A stretch of 62,146 nucleotides of DNA, filler included. It is 4 parts of 4 records of this genome, joined end to end, with 100 filler letters (N's around TTAATTAATTAA, not from the genome) between each part and the next. Parts side by side here need not be neighbours in the genome. Positions count along the whole stretch, not along the records: positions 1 to 11,616 come from SRR31156797_550; 3 more parts are not named here. One strand, given 5' to 3'. This document shows positions 1 through 9,943 of the stretch, piece by piece. Below the pieces are notes generated by a model. It was not told the DNA's origin, did no database searches, and worked only from the letters and a program-made list of their open reading frames with translations. Position 1 is the first letter of the stretch. Each line of letters opens with the position of its first letter. A program made the position numbers and the translations under genes.

Positions 1-1
1 G

Positions 2-535
2 ATGCCATTTTTGCTTGTAGGTCTTGCAGAACTTGGTGACAAGACTCAGCTTGCGGTGCTTGTCTTATCTACCAAGACCAGAAAATATACGGCACTACTT
101 GCCGGTGTGATGCTTGCATTCATAATTACCGATGGTCTTGCTATACTTCTGGGTAATTTCATAGCTACCAGGATCCCGATGGACTATGTTCGCATAGGTG
201 CAGGTCTTCTGTTCATAATCTTTGGTATCACAACCCTGCTCAACAGGAAAGAAGATGACGATGACGATTCTTATGAGCTAAAAAGTCCTTTTATATCGGG
301 ATTCGGTCTTATTCTTGTATCTGAGATGGGGGACAAGACCCAGCTTGCATCTGCACTTTTCGCAACACAATATAATCCGTTTCTGGTTTTTATCGGTGTG
401 ATACTTGCTTTGTTAATCCTGTCCTCAATGGCTGTCTTTGTGGGAAAAATGCTAATGGAGAAAATTAACAAGAGGACTATTTCTACAGTTGCAGGTCTTT
501 TGTTCATTCTCATTGGAGTTTCTTTCTTCATGTGA
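2..535 (+). CDS. TMEM165/GDT1 (UPF0016) family Ca2+/Mn2+ transporter, probably 5'-truncated by the window edge
   Basis: Two copies of the E-x-G-D-K-T-Q motif (AELGDKTQLA, SEMGDKTQLA) and hydrophobic helices. Confidence 0.9.
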   Translation: MPFLLVGLAELGDKTQLAVLVLSTKTRKYTALLAGVMLAFIITDGLAILLGNFIATRIPMDYVRIGAGLLFIIFGITTLLNRKEDDDDDSYELKSPFISGFGLILVSEMGDKTQLASALFATQYNPFLVFIGVILALLILSSMAVFVGKMLMEKINKRTISTVAGLLFILIGVSFFM

Positions 536-620
536 AGTACGGCCATAAGACCACCTTTTATAGCAGTCAAAACAAAAATTAATAAAGCAGGAGATTCTAC
601 CTTATTCAGGAGGTTTTATC

Positions 621-839
621 ATAGTACATATACTTAGATGCAGGGATCTTGGATTCAATGATGATTTCATTGTCATAGACGCCGATCCTAAAAAAGCAAA
701 AGAAAGAATGATAGAACATGTAAAAACCGAACATAAGGATGAGTTCGAAGAATTATCCGAGTTCCATCAGGATGAGATTATTTCAAAAGTAGATTATCTT
801 CTAAACCGTGGTTGCGGGTGCGGTGTGTTAAAACTCTGA
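621..839 (+). CDS. DUF1059-like small metal-binding protein (72 aa) with apparent ATA start; absent from the ORF track
   Basis: Manual translation IVHILRCRDLGFNDDFIVIDADPKKAKERMIEHVKTEH...NRGCGCGVLKL*. The CxDxG...HxxxxH pattern resembles DUF1059. GGAGGT Shine-Dalgarno at 609-614; in-frame TAG at 561-563 with no ATG/GTG/TTG between it and the domain. Confidence 0.7.
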   Translation: MVHILRCRDLGFNDDFIVIDADPKKAKERMIEHVKTEHKDEFEELSEFHQDEIISKVDYLLNRGCGCGVLKL

Positions 840-925
840 CCCGGTCATACTTTTTCTTCTCTGTTTTTTATCCACGGGCAATTTTGCCTCATAAAGTATA
901 TATCGTTTAGCAGCCAGTCTGTGTC

Positions 926-1309
926 TGAGAGAGGAAGGACGGCTGCCGGGTCATTTGACCTGAGGAAAGTCTCCCCACCTTCTAAACACACGGGTACCTG
1001 TAAAGGGTATCGGGCGAGAGCCCGGGCAGTTGCTTTGCAACTCATGCGCACAGCGCATGCTGGCACAGAAACGATACCGCACCATGTTAATGCAATGATG
1101 CTTAACGGCTGAGGTCGCATGGAATGCGGATGGAACGGCGAATCCTCGTGGGTGCAAGTCAGTAGTAGGGGGCAATGGTTGTTTAGACCATTCCTGAAGT
1201 TTATGTACGCGTAGCCGAATGCCGTCAATGCAGTCCTTACGGGCGCATCATCCTGCCAGGCGGGATGAATGTATTGCATTAACAGAAGGGAGCTTACTCT
1301 CCTCACTCA
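926..1309 (+). ncRNA. rnpB: Archaeal RNase P RNA
   Basis: Conserved GAGGAAAGTC (962-971) and AACAGAAGGGAGCTTA (1281-1296). Terminal P1 pairing TGAGAGAGGA / TCCTCACTCA. AT-rich TATA-like element at about 891-904. Confidence 0.95.
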
Positions 1310-1446
1310 ACCATTAATATTTACTCCCAATCATCTTTTTCAGCTACAAAGGTCTAAAACCCTTTACAAAATATTTTCCAGGATCAGTATATTAAATCTT
1401 CTTCCGACAGAAGATCCTGAAAAGCCCTGCCCCAATTATTACGAGG

Positions 1447-2100
1447 TCACAGGTCTGCTTTCCCGTTATTATCACTGTTTTGATATGAAAGCATTTCAAA
1501 GGTTTCAAGAACACTTTCGTATTTCACTTCAGTGTTAAAACATCCGTCATTAAGCATTGGAATACCATAGGTAATCAGTTTCTTGCCTTTCAACCCCATC
1601 ATTACCTTATTTAGTTCATAATCACAGGCGATCAACAGTGCTGCATCATAGTCTCTCTCCTTTATGACATGCTTTACAAAAGATGAACCTGTTACAATAT
1701 AAAGATCATATCCATACTTAGCTGCATCTTCCTTGAGCCTGCTAAAAATACATTTTCCACAGGCAATACACTGTATTCCAGTTTTTTTGGATGTTGCCGG
1801 GCAGTCCATGGCACGCATGCAGTGAGGAGCAATGATCATTCGTTTTTCAGCTTTTTTAAAACTGTTTTTGCTGGATATATTCTTCAGGGAAACCATCCAC
1901 TTATCCAGGATGCGGGGATCTGAGAATTTATAGAAGAAATACTTAAGTGGCATATAGAAAAAGTCAAGTATCCCTGCAAAAAAACCTGCAAGCCATACAT
2001 GTCTGTTAAGACTGATGCGACTTACTGCCAGTGCAAGAGCTGCCAGTACAATTGACAATGTGGATGCAAGAGTTACCAGAATACCAATTATCTTATACAT
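1447..2100 (-). CDS. DUF116 family membrane-anchored Cys-rich protein
   Basis: N-terminal TM helices; PHCMR..CPA......CIACGKC and IACxxEL / DGCxNT motifs. ATG at 2100 follows GGAGG. Confidence 0.8.
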   Translation of the reverse strand: MYKIIGILVTLASTLSIVLAALALAVSRISLNRHVWLAGFFAGILDFFYMPLKYFFYKFSDPRILDKWMVSLKNISSKNSFKKAEKRMIIAPHCMRAMDCPATSKKTGIQCIACGKCIFSRLKEDAAKYGYDLYIVTGSSFVKHVIKERDYDAALLIACDYELNKVMMGLKGKKLITYGIPMLNDGCFNTEVKYESVLETFEMLSYQNSDNNGKADL

Positions 2101-2731
2101 CACATTCCTCCATTTTCCTGATGACATCGTCTACATCCACTTTTGTGTTGTAGCACCCATCTTGCAGGAGGGAAACTCCCTGTACAACCATAAAAGGTGA
2201 TGCTCCCTGCATAGACTCTGCTAATTCCGGATAGCATGCGACACCAATACAGCTTTTAGGCCTGTGAGCTTTGATTATTTTCTTAACAAAGCTTCCACCC
2301 GGAATAATGTATACCTTAAAATCCCTTTCATCTGCAGCTTCACAGATCTTTCCTATGTCACAAAGGCCACATATTTTGCATTCGTATCCTATGATAGGGT
2401 CACAGCGGGCTTTACAATTGGGATTTCGCAGACATTGCGGAAGGAATATAACTCTTCCATTCTTGATCTTCTTGAAGCTTTCAATCATAACGGCATTGCG
2501 TACCTCAACAAGAATCTCGTCAACCAGGGTATCCTTGATGCTGAATATCCTGCATATCCATTTTGCAGGTCCGTAGAAAAGGTAAAGGATGAATAGAACA
2601 AAATTTGGGAATAGTATCTTGTGCTTTTTAAAACTGTAAGCCCCGAGAAGCAAGGCAATTCCAAGCACTATAAGTATTGCTAGTACAAAAAGAATAAAGA
2701 CTTTTCCAAGTAATTCATAGGGAATTTGCAT
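2093..2731 (-). CDS. DUF116 family membrane-anchored Cys-rich protein (tandem paralogue)
   Basis: PQCLRNPNCKA...CKICGLC, IPGGS, VACYPEL, DGCYNT. Confidence 0.85.
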   Translation of the reverse strand: MQIPYELLGKVFILFVLAILIVLGIALLLGAYSFKKHKILFPNFVLFILYLFYGPAKWICRIFSIKDTLVDEILVEVRNAVMIESFKKIKNGRVIFLPQCLRNPNCKARCDPIIGYECKICGLCDIGKICEAADERDFKVYIIPGGSFVKKIIKAHRPKSCIGVACYPELAESMQGASPFMVVQGVSLLQDGCYNTKVDVDDVIRKMEECDV

Positions 2732-2801
2732 GAGATAAATAAATTGTACTAATAAGTATATTCAATTTGCCCTGAAAAAGGAATAAAGCAGAGTGATAAA
2801 A

Positions 2802-4046
2802 TCACTCTGGCGCGTCGCTGAGATCAATTCCCATTGCTTCAGCAGTGAGAACTACAACGTCCTCAACTTCAAGTTCCTTTGCACCTATTGCATCCCTTCC
2901 GTCACTGAGGTTTCTCTTACAGAATGGGCAGGCACTTGAAAGAAGATCTGCTTTTGTTGCAAGTGCATCTTCAACACGTGTTGAAGCAACGCCGAGTGCA
3001 AGGTCAGGAATACCTGCTTTCACTCCACCACCTGCTCCACAGCAGCGCTGGTTCTCTTCGATCCTTTCCATCTCGATGAACTGAATTCCTGGAATTGCTT
3101 CAAGAACTGCTCTTGGTGGTTCGAAGACACCTACGTGGCGTCCAAGATGGCATGGGTCATGGTATGTGACCTTCTTATCAATGGATTTCTCCCATTTGAT
3201 CTCGCCTTTCTCGATGAGACCCTGAAGGTACTCTGTGATGTGCATTACCTTAAATGGGAGTTCCTTTCCTGTGAGTCTTGGCCAGTCAATGAGTGATGCT
3301 CTGAAACATCCTGCACATGCGTAGAGTACGATCTTTGCACCCTTTGCCTTGATGTTGTCAATGTTTGCCTGAGCGTTGACCTTTGCAGTCTCGTTGATAA
3401 AGTACTGACCTGTCCTGATAAGTGCTGATCCACAGCATATCTCATCTTCGCCAAGCATTGTGAACTTAATGTCGAGCTTGTTGAGAAGACGTGTGGTTGC
3501 AAGTGCAAGTTTCCTCTGTTTGAGTTCTGCGGTACATCCTCCGAAGTAAAGAATCTCTGCCTTGTCTTCTACCTGGATGTCTTCAGGGAACCAGTTGACC
3601 CTGTTCTTGTTGTCTTCCATGTAAGGGTTCTTGTACTCTCCGATGAGCTTGAGGAAAGCACCCTGCTTACCGAATGGACCGTTTCCACGCTTTACAAGGT
3701 TTGCACGCATAGATTCCCAGAGTTCGACGGTGTTGATGGCTGATTCACAGACTGTTGCACACATACCGCATGTTGTACATCCATATACGTCGTCTTTGAA
3801 CTGCTCGATCTCTTCTTCAGGAATTGTTTTTGGACCAAAGAGTTTTGCACGAAGTCCGTAGGACTTGTTCATGTACTCTCTCCATCTGAGGATCTTATCC
3901 CTTGGTGCAAGTCCCGGATCACTGCCGGACGCATCATAGGTTGGGCACCAGTCCACACATTCGCCACAGCGACTGCATGAATCCAGTTCCATAAGCTGAA
4001 CTGCTGTAAAGTTCTCTGTATTAATAGAAGGTTCACGTTTTGCCAT
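2802..4046 (-). CDS. hdrD: Methanophenazine-dependent heterodisulfide reductase catalytic subunit D
   Basis: Two 4Fe-4S motifs ([23 protein letters not shown]) and two CCG domains ([13 protein letters not shown]). N-terminus MAKREPSI matches Methanosarcinales HdrD. Adjacent to hdrE. Confidence 0.92.
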   Translation of the reverse strand: MAKREPSINTENFTAVQLMELDSCSRCGECVDWCPTYDASGSDPGLAPRDKILRWREYMNKSYGLRAKLFGPKTIPEEEIEQFKDDVYGCTTCGMCATVCESAINTVELWESMRANLVKRGNGPFGKQGAFLKLIGEYKNPYMEDNKNRVNWFPEDIQVEDKAEILYFGGCTAELKQRKLALATTRLLNKLDIKFTMLGEDEICCGSALIRTGQYFINETAKVNAQANIDNIKAKGAKIVLYACAGCFRASLIDWPRLTGKELPFKVMHITEYLQGLIEKGEIKWEKSIDKKVTYHDPCHLGRHVGVFEPPRAVLEAIPGIQFIEMERIEENQRCCGAGGGVKAGIPDLALGVASTRVEDALATKADLLSSACPFCKRNLSDGRDAIGAKELEVEDVVVLTAEAMGIDLSDAPE

Positions 4047-4047
4047 T

Positions 4048-4842
4048 TTATTCTCCTCCCTTGTTTGCAAGGAGTGCGAGTGGTATTGCGATCATGTGAA
4101 TATATTTGCTGAATGGGATGTATGCGATACAGAACAGAAGTGAGATCACAACGTGGAAGAGTGATGCTGGTGGTGCCCATTCAACAGGCATATCGAATCC
4201 CCAGAATCTTCCGGTTCTGATTCCGTCTGCAATGAATCCTGATACTGTGATAACAGTAAGTCCGATAAGAAGTACTGAGTCGTACGCAATGGTTGCTTCC
4301 CTCAGCTTTGCAACGAACAGTCTTCTGTAAATTGCAATGATGATACCAACAAGTAAGATGTAACTGAATATGTCGTTTGGTACTGAAAGTATTTCCCTGA
4401 ATGTCTCAGGGTCTAAAAACTCAGGAAGTCCGTGAATTCCTATCTTCGCAGTTACCATGTGTATCATTTCTACTGCAAACATTGCAAGGGACATTATGAA
4501 AAGGACCATCCATCCAACGAAAATAGTGAAGTGCATAAACCATCTGAGGGGGCTTCTTCTTAGTATCCTTCTCTGGAACACTATGTCAAGGACAAAGGTT
4601 TCCAGGACAGATTGGTTGTGGACATGGGCATGCTCGCTCATCTGGTACATGAGCATCTTAGGGAAGGCAAGGATGCTTTTTGAAGGCGCCTGTCCATAGC
4701 CGGTGGAACCCATTCCCCACTTCTTTATGTTTATATACATTCCTATAATGAAAATACCAATGGACAGGTTTGCCATTATCATAACCTGCACAAATGTAAG
4801 TCTTAAGGCGTCACTTACGCCTGCAAAATACTCCATAGCCAT
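4048..4842 (-). CDS. hdrE: Heterodisulfide reductase membrane cytochrome b subunit E
   Basis: Multi-TM NarI-like protein with conserved His residues (RWFMH, LFHV, PFSKYIH), directly upstream of hdrD. Confidence 0.9.
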   Translation of the reverse strand: MAMEYFAGVSDALRLTFVQVMIMANLSIGIFIIGMYINIKKWGMGSTGYGQAPSKSILAFPKMLMYQMSEHAHVHNQSVLETFVLDIVFQRRILRRSPLRWFMHFTIFVGWMVLFIMSLAMFAVEMIHMVTAKIGIHGLPEFLDPETFREILSVPNDIFSYILLVGIIIAIYRRLFVAKLREATIAYDSVLLIGLTVITVSGFIADGIRTGRFWGFDMPVEWAPPASLFHVVISLLFCIAYIPFSKYIHMIAIPLALLANKGGE

Positions 4843-5096
4843 TTAGTTTTCTCCTGATATCGATATAGTTATAACTGTTATAAGGATCAAAGTTTTTTTT
4901 ACTTATAAGTAACCGGTTTGGTTTGCTTGTTTGTGGTGCCGATATTATTTAAACATTTTCATTAATGAAATCTATATCGGGAGGCTTATTGTTGTGCTTA
5001 ATTCCCACACAATGAGTCCTGTAGCTTAATTAAACTTATATTCAGTCACACACTTAAGTAGGAAAAACAAAATGAAGCAATTGGTAGTATCATCAA

Positions 5097-5828
5097 ATGG
5101 ATATCAGAATAGTACTCGTTGAACCACTTTATCAGGGAAATGTAGGTTCTGTCACAAGAGCAATGAAAAACTTCGGTTTCTCGGATCTTATACTTGTAAA
5201 CCCATGTAAGCTCGAGGGAGAAGCAAGAGCTATGTCTTCCCATGCCAGGGACTTATTGGAAAGTGCAAAAAGAGTTTCTTCCCTTGAAGAAGCAATTAAT
5301 GACTGCAGTATTGTCGTTGGCACAACCGGTATTGCCGGTTCAAGGTTCGATCTGCACCTGCGTGTTCCGGGTTACTCTCCCACAGAGATGAAAAAGCGTC
5401 TCAAAGGCACAGATGGAAAAGTAGCAGTGCTTTTTGGCAGGGAAGACAATGGTTTTACAAAAGAGGAGCTCAAAAAATGCGATATGATCATGACTATTCC
5501 CACATCAGAAATATACCCGGTCATGAACCTGTCCCATGCTGTGGCCGTTGTTCTCTATGAATTCAGCTCAATAGAACCCGGAGATACCCCACTGGCAGAT
5601 CCCTATGACATCAGGCTGTTGTATGAACATCTTTCAGAGCTTCTGGATAACATTGACTATCCCGAACACAAAAAGGAAAAGACTGACCTGATGCTCAAGC
5701 GGATATTCGGAAGAGCATGTCTTATGCCAAGGGAAGTGCAGACACTGCGTGGTATCATACGCAAGATGCAGCGAACATGCAGCAATGAAAATATAGAGTC
5801 CCATTCTTTTGACGAACTTGATGATTGA
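5097..5828 (+). CDS. trmJ: TrmJ/TrmH-family SPOUT tRNA 2'-O-methyltransferase
   Basis: VLVEP..GNVGSVTRAMKNFG, FGREDNG, MNLSHAV. Confidence 0.85.
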   Translation: MDIRIVLVEPLYQGNVGSVTRAMKNFGFSDLILVNPCKLEGEARAMSSHARDLLESAKRVSSLEEAINDCSIVVGTTGIAGSRFDLHLRVPGYSPTEMKKRLKGTDGKVAVLFGREDNGFTKEELKKCDMIMTIPTSEIYPVMNLSHAVAVVLYEFSSIEPGDTPLADPYDIRLLYEHLSELLDNIDYPEHKKEKTDLMLKRIFGRACLMPREVQTLRGIIRKMQRTCSNENIESHSFDELDD

Positions 5829-5916
5829 AACGCAGGGCTATGTTTCGAAATGTTCTTATCATTTGAACCCCATCTTGCATTCCCTGAATGATTTTTAATT
5901 AATTACTAGTGTAAAC

Positions 5917-8007
5917 ATGACAGAAGGTAAGTGGGACGAGAAATTCGTAGTTTTTCTCAAGAAATACTACTGGGACAGCATTCTGCAACTTGCAAATAAT
6001 TATCCTGATCAGCGAAGTCTGGAAGTGGATTTCTACGATCTTGATGTTTTTGACAACGAAATTGCCAACGAATTACTTTTTAATCCTGATGAGGTACTGC
6101 CAAGTGCTGACAATGCACTCCGACAGATCGATCTTCCAATAGAGAAGACCCTGATCGATGCAAAGGTACGCTTTATAAGGGTACCTAACAAGATTCCTAA
6201 CAGGGATCTCCGAAGTAAGCATCTTCTTCAGTTCATTGCCATTGAAGGCATGATACGTAAGGCTACAGAGGTTCGCCCCAAGGTAATTAATGCCGCATTC
6301 AAATGCATGCGTTGTGAACATGTCACAATGATTCCCCAGAACGAGGTCAAATTCGTGGAACCTGTTGAGTGTGAGAACGAGACCTGTGGCAGAAAAGGTC
6401 CTTTCAAAATAGTGGTAAATGAATCCGATTTTGTTGATGCCCAGAAACTCCAGATACAGGAATCTCCTGAGAACTTAAAAGGCGGTTCACAACCACAGAG
6501 TCTTGATGTGGATATTGAAGATGACCTTGCCGGAATTGTAAAACCCGGTGATCGTGTTATCATTAATGGGGTTCTGAGATCACACCAGAGAACTACAAGG
6601 GAAGGAAAATCCCCGTTCTATGATCTTGTTCTTCACGCAAATTCCATAGAGTACACAGATCTTGAGTTTGATGAACTTGAGATAAGTCCTGAGGAAGAGG
6701 AAGAGATCCTTGCCCTGAGCCGTGATCCTGAGGTATATAAGAAGGTCATTGGTTCTATCGCCCCTTCTATTTACGGTTATGATGAGGTGAAAGAGGCACT
6801 TTCACTTCAATTATTCTCAGGTGTTGCCAAGCACCTGCCTGATGGTTCCAGAGTAAGGGGTGACATTCACATGCTCTTTATGGGAGACCCGGGTGTTGCA
6901 AAAAGTCAGTTGCTCCGCTACATGGTAAAACTTTCACCACGTGGTGTATTCGCATCAGGTAAAAGTGCATCATCAAGTGGTCTTACTGCAGCAGCAGTAC
7001 GTGATGATCTTGGTGACGGTCGCTGGACCCTGGAAGCAGGTGCACTTGTCATGGCAGACATGGGTATAGCCGCAGTGGACGAGATGGATAAGATGAGCAC
7101 AGAGGATAAGAGTGCACTCCACGAGGCAATGGAACAGCAGACAATAAGTGTTGCGAAGGCAGGTATCCTTGCAACCCTGAAATCAAGATGTGCGCTCCTT
7201 GGTGCTGCCAATCCTAAATACGGACGTTTTGACCGGTACGAAGGTATATCCCAGCAAATAAACATGCCACCTGCGCTTATTTCAAGATTTGATATGATTT
7301 TTGTTATGCTGGATACGCCGGATGAGGATATGGACTCCAGAATAGCAAACCACATCCTAAAATCACACTATGCCGGTGAGCTCTCCGAACAACGTACCAA
7401 TGTTCCGACAAGTACCATCACCCAGGAGCAGGTGGATGACCATATGGAGGTTATAAAACCTGTAATTGAACCTGATTTCCTCAGAAAATATGTTGCTTAT
7501 TCAAGGAGGAATATTTTTCCTGTGATGGAGGAGGATGCACGTGATCATCTAGTCAAGTTCTACATGGACCTGCGAAAGATGGGAGAAGGAAAAGATGCTC
7601 CTGTGCCTGTGACTGCCCGTCAGCTCGAAGCCCTCGTAAGACTTGCCGAAGCAAGTGCACGTTTAAGACTCAGCAATGTTGCCAGCATGGAAGATGCAAA
7701 GAGAACGACACGTATAGTATACTCATGCCTCAAGCAGGTCGGTGTTGATCCTAACACAGGTGCATTCGATGTGGATGTCATAGCTTCCGGCACGAGTAAG
7801 AGCCAAAGAGACAGGATTAAGTCCATAAAAGAAATTATCAAGATGGTCGGTGAAAAACATCCCGGCGGTAAGGCTCCGTTGGAAGAAGTCTATGATGAAG
7901 CCATAAAACAGGATATAGACCGCCAGCATGCAGAGGATCTGATATCAAGGATGAGACGTTCTGGTGACCTGATAAAACCTGATAAGGAACACGTAAAGGT
8001 AGTTTGA
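5917..8007 (+). CDS. mcm: MCM replicative helicase
   Basis: Zn finger CMRC...CENETC, Walker A GDPGVAKSQ, DEMDKM, ALHEAMEQQTIS, Arg finger SRFD; no intein. Confidence 0.97.
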   Translation: MTEGKWDEKFVVFLKKYYWDSILQLANNYPDQRSLEVDFYDLDVFDNEIANELLFNPDEVLPSADNALRQIDLPIEKTLIDAKVRFIRVPNKIPNRDLRSKHLLQFIAIEGMIRKATEVRPKVINAAFKCMRCEHVTMIPQNEVKFVEPVECENETCGRKGPFKIVVNESDFVDAQKLQIQESPENLKGGSQPQSLDVDIEDDLAGIVKPGDRVIINGVLRSHQRTTREGKSPFYDLVLHANSIEYTDLEFDELEISPEEEEEILALSRDPEVYKKVIGSIAPSIYGYDEVKEALSLQLFSGVAKHLPDGSRVRGDIHMLFMGDPGVAKSQLLRYMVKLSPRGVFASGKSASSSGLTAAAVRDDLGDGRWTLEAGALVMADMGIAAVDEMDKMSTEDKSALHEAMEQQTISVAKAGILATLKSRCALLGAANPKYGRFDRYEGISQQINMPPALISRFDMIFVMLDTPDEDMDSRIANHILKSHYAGELSEQRTNVPTSTITQEQVDDHMEVIKPVIEPDFLRKYVAYSRRNIFPVMEEDARDHLVKFYMDLRKMGEGKDAPVPVTARQLEALVRLAEASARLRLSNVASMEDAKRTTRIVYSCLKQVGVDPNTGAFDVDVIASGTSKSQRDRIKSIKEIIKMVGEKHPGGKAPLEEVYDEAIKQDIDRQHAEDLISRMRRSGDLIKPDKEHVKVV

Positions 8008-8019
8008 AGAAGTGATCAT

Positions 8020-8310
8020 ATGTATATAAAGATACATAAGTCCGGTGACAATGTCATTGTTGCTCTGTGTGACAGGGAACTGATTGGAAAGACGCTTAAA
8101 GAAGGCAACATTAGTATTACTATAACAGAGGAATTCTACAAAGGGGAAATCATATCCCGGGAAGATGCAATTGATATACTCTCAAAAGTATCCAATGCCA
8201 ATATAATTGGCGAGAAAGCTGTTTCCTGCGCCGTTGAATGCGGTGTTGTAGATAAAGATCATGTTAAAATTATAGATAAAGTAGCACATGCCCAGGTGTT
8301 CAGGATATAA
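8020..8310 (+). CDS. DUF424 family protein
   Basis: VALCDRELIGK...EEFYKGE...ANIIGEKAV pattern. Confidence 0.8.
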   Translation: MYIKIHKSGDNVIVALCDRELIGKTLKEGNISITITEEFYKGEIISREDAIDILSKVSNANIIGEKAVSCAVECGVVDKDHVKIIDKVAHAQVFRI

Positions 8311-9005
8311 TGCTACGAGGTTTAGTTATGAATGAGGAAACAGCGGTTACAGGGCCAGAGACAACATCTCCGGATACCTTTGACAGGAAAGATCTGATCG
8401 AAGGTGTCGTGAAGAAGCACAAAAAGTTTCTGGACGAATATGGCAACGAATTCAGTGAACTTGGAAAGAAGATGAAGGAAGTTCAGGACAATATGGATTC
8501 TTCTAAGAAGGGTAGAGAGGATATCCTGGAAAAAGAAGAGATACTGGCTGAAAAGAGACAGTTGTTCTATCATCAGGCAGAGAAACTACTTGATGATCTC
8601 GAAGGCAAGTTTTCCAGTAACCTGGAGTTTTCCAGGCAGTTAGCCCTTGTAAAGGAGAAAATACTGAAGGTCAAGGGCTCTCTTGCCGTTGATGAGGAAA
8701 AGCAGCAGGTTACATCTATCCAGCAGGCACTGGATCCCCTTATTTCAAAGGAAGCAGCAGCAGAGAGTGACCTGAATGCTGTGAAGGAAAGGCTTAATGA
8801 AGCTTTATCTTCAAAGGTAGAATTGAGTTCACTCGATACTTCAGAGGAGAACTACAATAATACTGTCGCATCACTTGACAAAGAGATGGAAGAGATAGGC
8901 CCAAGGCATAAATGGCTCGATAACAGGATAAAGAGCCATCAGGATGCATTGAAGTACTGGGAAGGCCAGCCACTTGTCGAGGATGCGAAAGAGGTTAAAA
9001 CATGA
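8310..9005 (+). CDS. Coiled-coil hypothetical protein
   Basis: Charged heptad-rich sequence; overlaps both neighbours (TAATG, ATGA). Confidence 0.7.
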   Translation: MLRGLVMNEETAVTGPETTSPDTFDRKDLIEGVVKKHKKFLDEYGNEFSELGKKMKEVQDNMDSSKKGREDILEKEEILAEKRQLFYHQAEKLLDDLEGKFSSNLEFSRQLALVKEKILKVKGSLAVDEEKQQVTSIQQALDPLISKEAAAESDLNAVKERLNEALSSKVELSSLDTSEENYNNTVASLDKEMEEIGPRHKWLDNRIKSHQDALKYWEGQPLVEDAKEVKT

Positions 9006-9925
9006 CTGACATTGACGTTTCTTCCATGAGCGAGAAGGATCTGAAGAACAAGGTAAATGATCTGCGGACTGAGATCGGTCATCATGAGCGTGAGCTTAAG
9101 GGTCTGTTCCGTGAATTGAAACTGCACCGTAGCAATTCTGATGAACTTAAAGAGAAAAGGAATGCTCTTAATGGTCAGGTAAAGGAAATTGTTGCAAAGG
9201 CAAGAGATGCAAAGTCCAAAAGGGATTCTATCAATGCAAAAATCTCTGCTTTAAAGTCAGCAAGAAATGCTGTAAATGAAAAGACTCGTAAGTTCTCAGA
9301 TGATATCAAGGGTCTAAAGTCAAAGAGGGATGACCTGAACAAGATGTCAAAGGGCAGTGTTGAGACGCTCTCCAAAGCTTATGCTGCGGATCTTGACCTA
9401 TTTCTGAATGCTGATATTCCCCTAAAACACGAGATTGATCTTTTTGGCAGATTAATGGATCTTAAAACTCGTCTTGGCGCAGCTTTCGATGCAAATGCTA
9501 TCCACCAACAGTTAATGAAGACCTATGAGGCCTCAAAAGATGTTTTTGATTCAAAGGAAGAGGTTGGAGGAGATATCCACAAGCTTGCAGAGGAGTCTCA
9601 GAAGCATCATCTTGAAATGATCGATCTCTTTAATCAGGCTGATGAGTTAAGAAAAGCAGCAGATACAGCTCATGCCCAGATATCTGAAAAGTATGCGGTC
9701 ACTGCTCCCATCAGGGAAAAGATCGATCCTCTTAAGAAAAAGATTGCACTGCTCAGGGACGAGCTTAGTGTTTATCTCGAAAAACTTAACGATATCCAGA
9801 TTGAAAAAGATGACAAGAAGCAGGAAGAACACCTTGTTGTTGCCAAAGAGAAACTGGAAAAGAGTGGTCGTCTAAGTCTTGAGGATCTTAAAGTACTCAT
9901 GGAAAAGGGAGATTTGAAATTCTAA
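9002..9925 (+). CDS. Archaeal long coiled-coil protein (COG1340-like)
   Basis: K/E-rich heptads with KRN/KRD repeats and C-terminal KLEKSGRLSLEDL. Confidence 0.75.
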   Translation: MTDIDVSSMSEKDLKNKVNDLRTEIGHHERELKGLFRELKLHRSNSDELKEKRNALNGQVKEIVAKARDAKSKRDSINAKISALKSARNAVNEKTRKFSDDIKGLKSKRDDLNKMSKGSVETLSKAYAADLDLFLNADIPLKHEIDLFGRLMDLKTRLGAAFDANAIHQQLMKTYEASKDVFDSKEEVGGDIHKLAEESQKHHLEMIDLFNQADELRKAADTAHAQISEKYAVTAPIREKIDPLKKKIALLRDELSVYLEKLNDIQIEKDDKKQEEHLVVAKEKLEKSGRLSLEDLKVLMEKGDLKF

Positions 9926-9943
9926 TCCCTTTTTCACAATTTT

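Noticed and set aside
845-1306. ORFs 845-1306(-), 921-1112(+) and 951-1175(-)
   Set aside because: They overlap the RNase P RNA and have no protein-like motifs
5917-8007. Intein in MCM
   Set aside because: The length (696 aa) and continuous AAA+ motifs leave no room for an insertion
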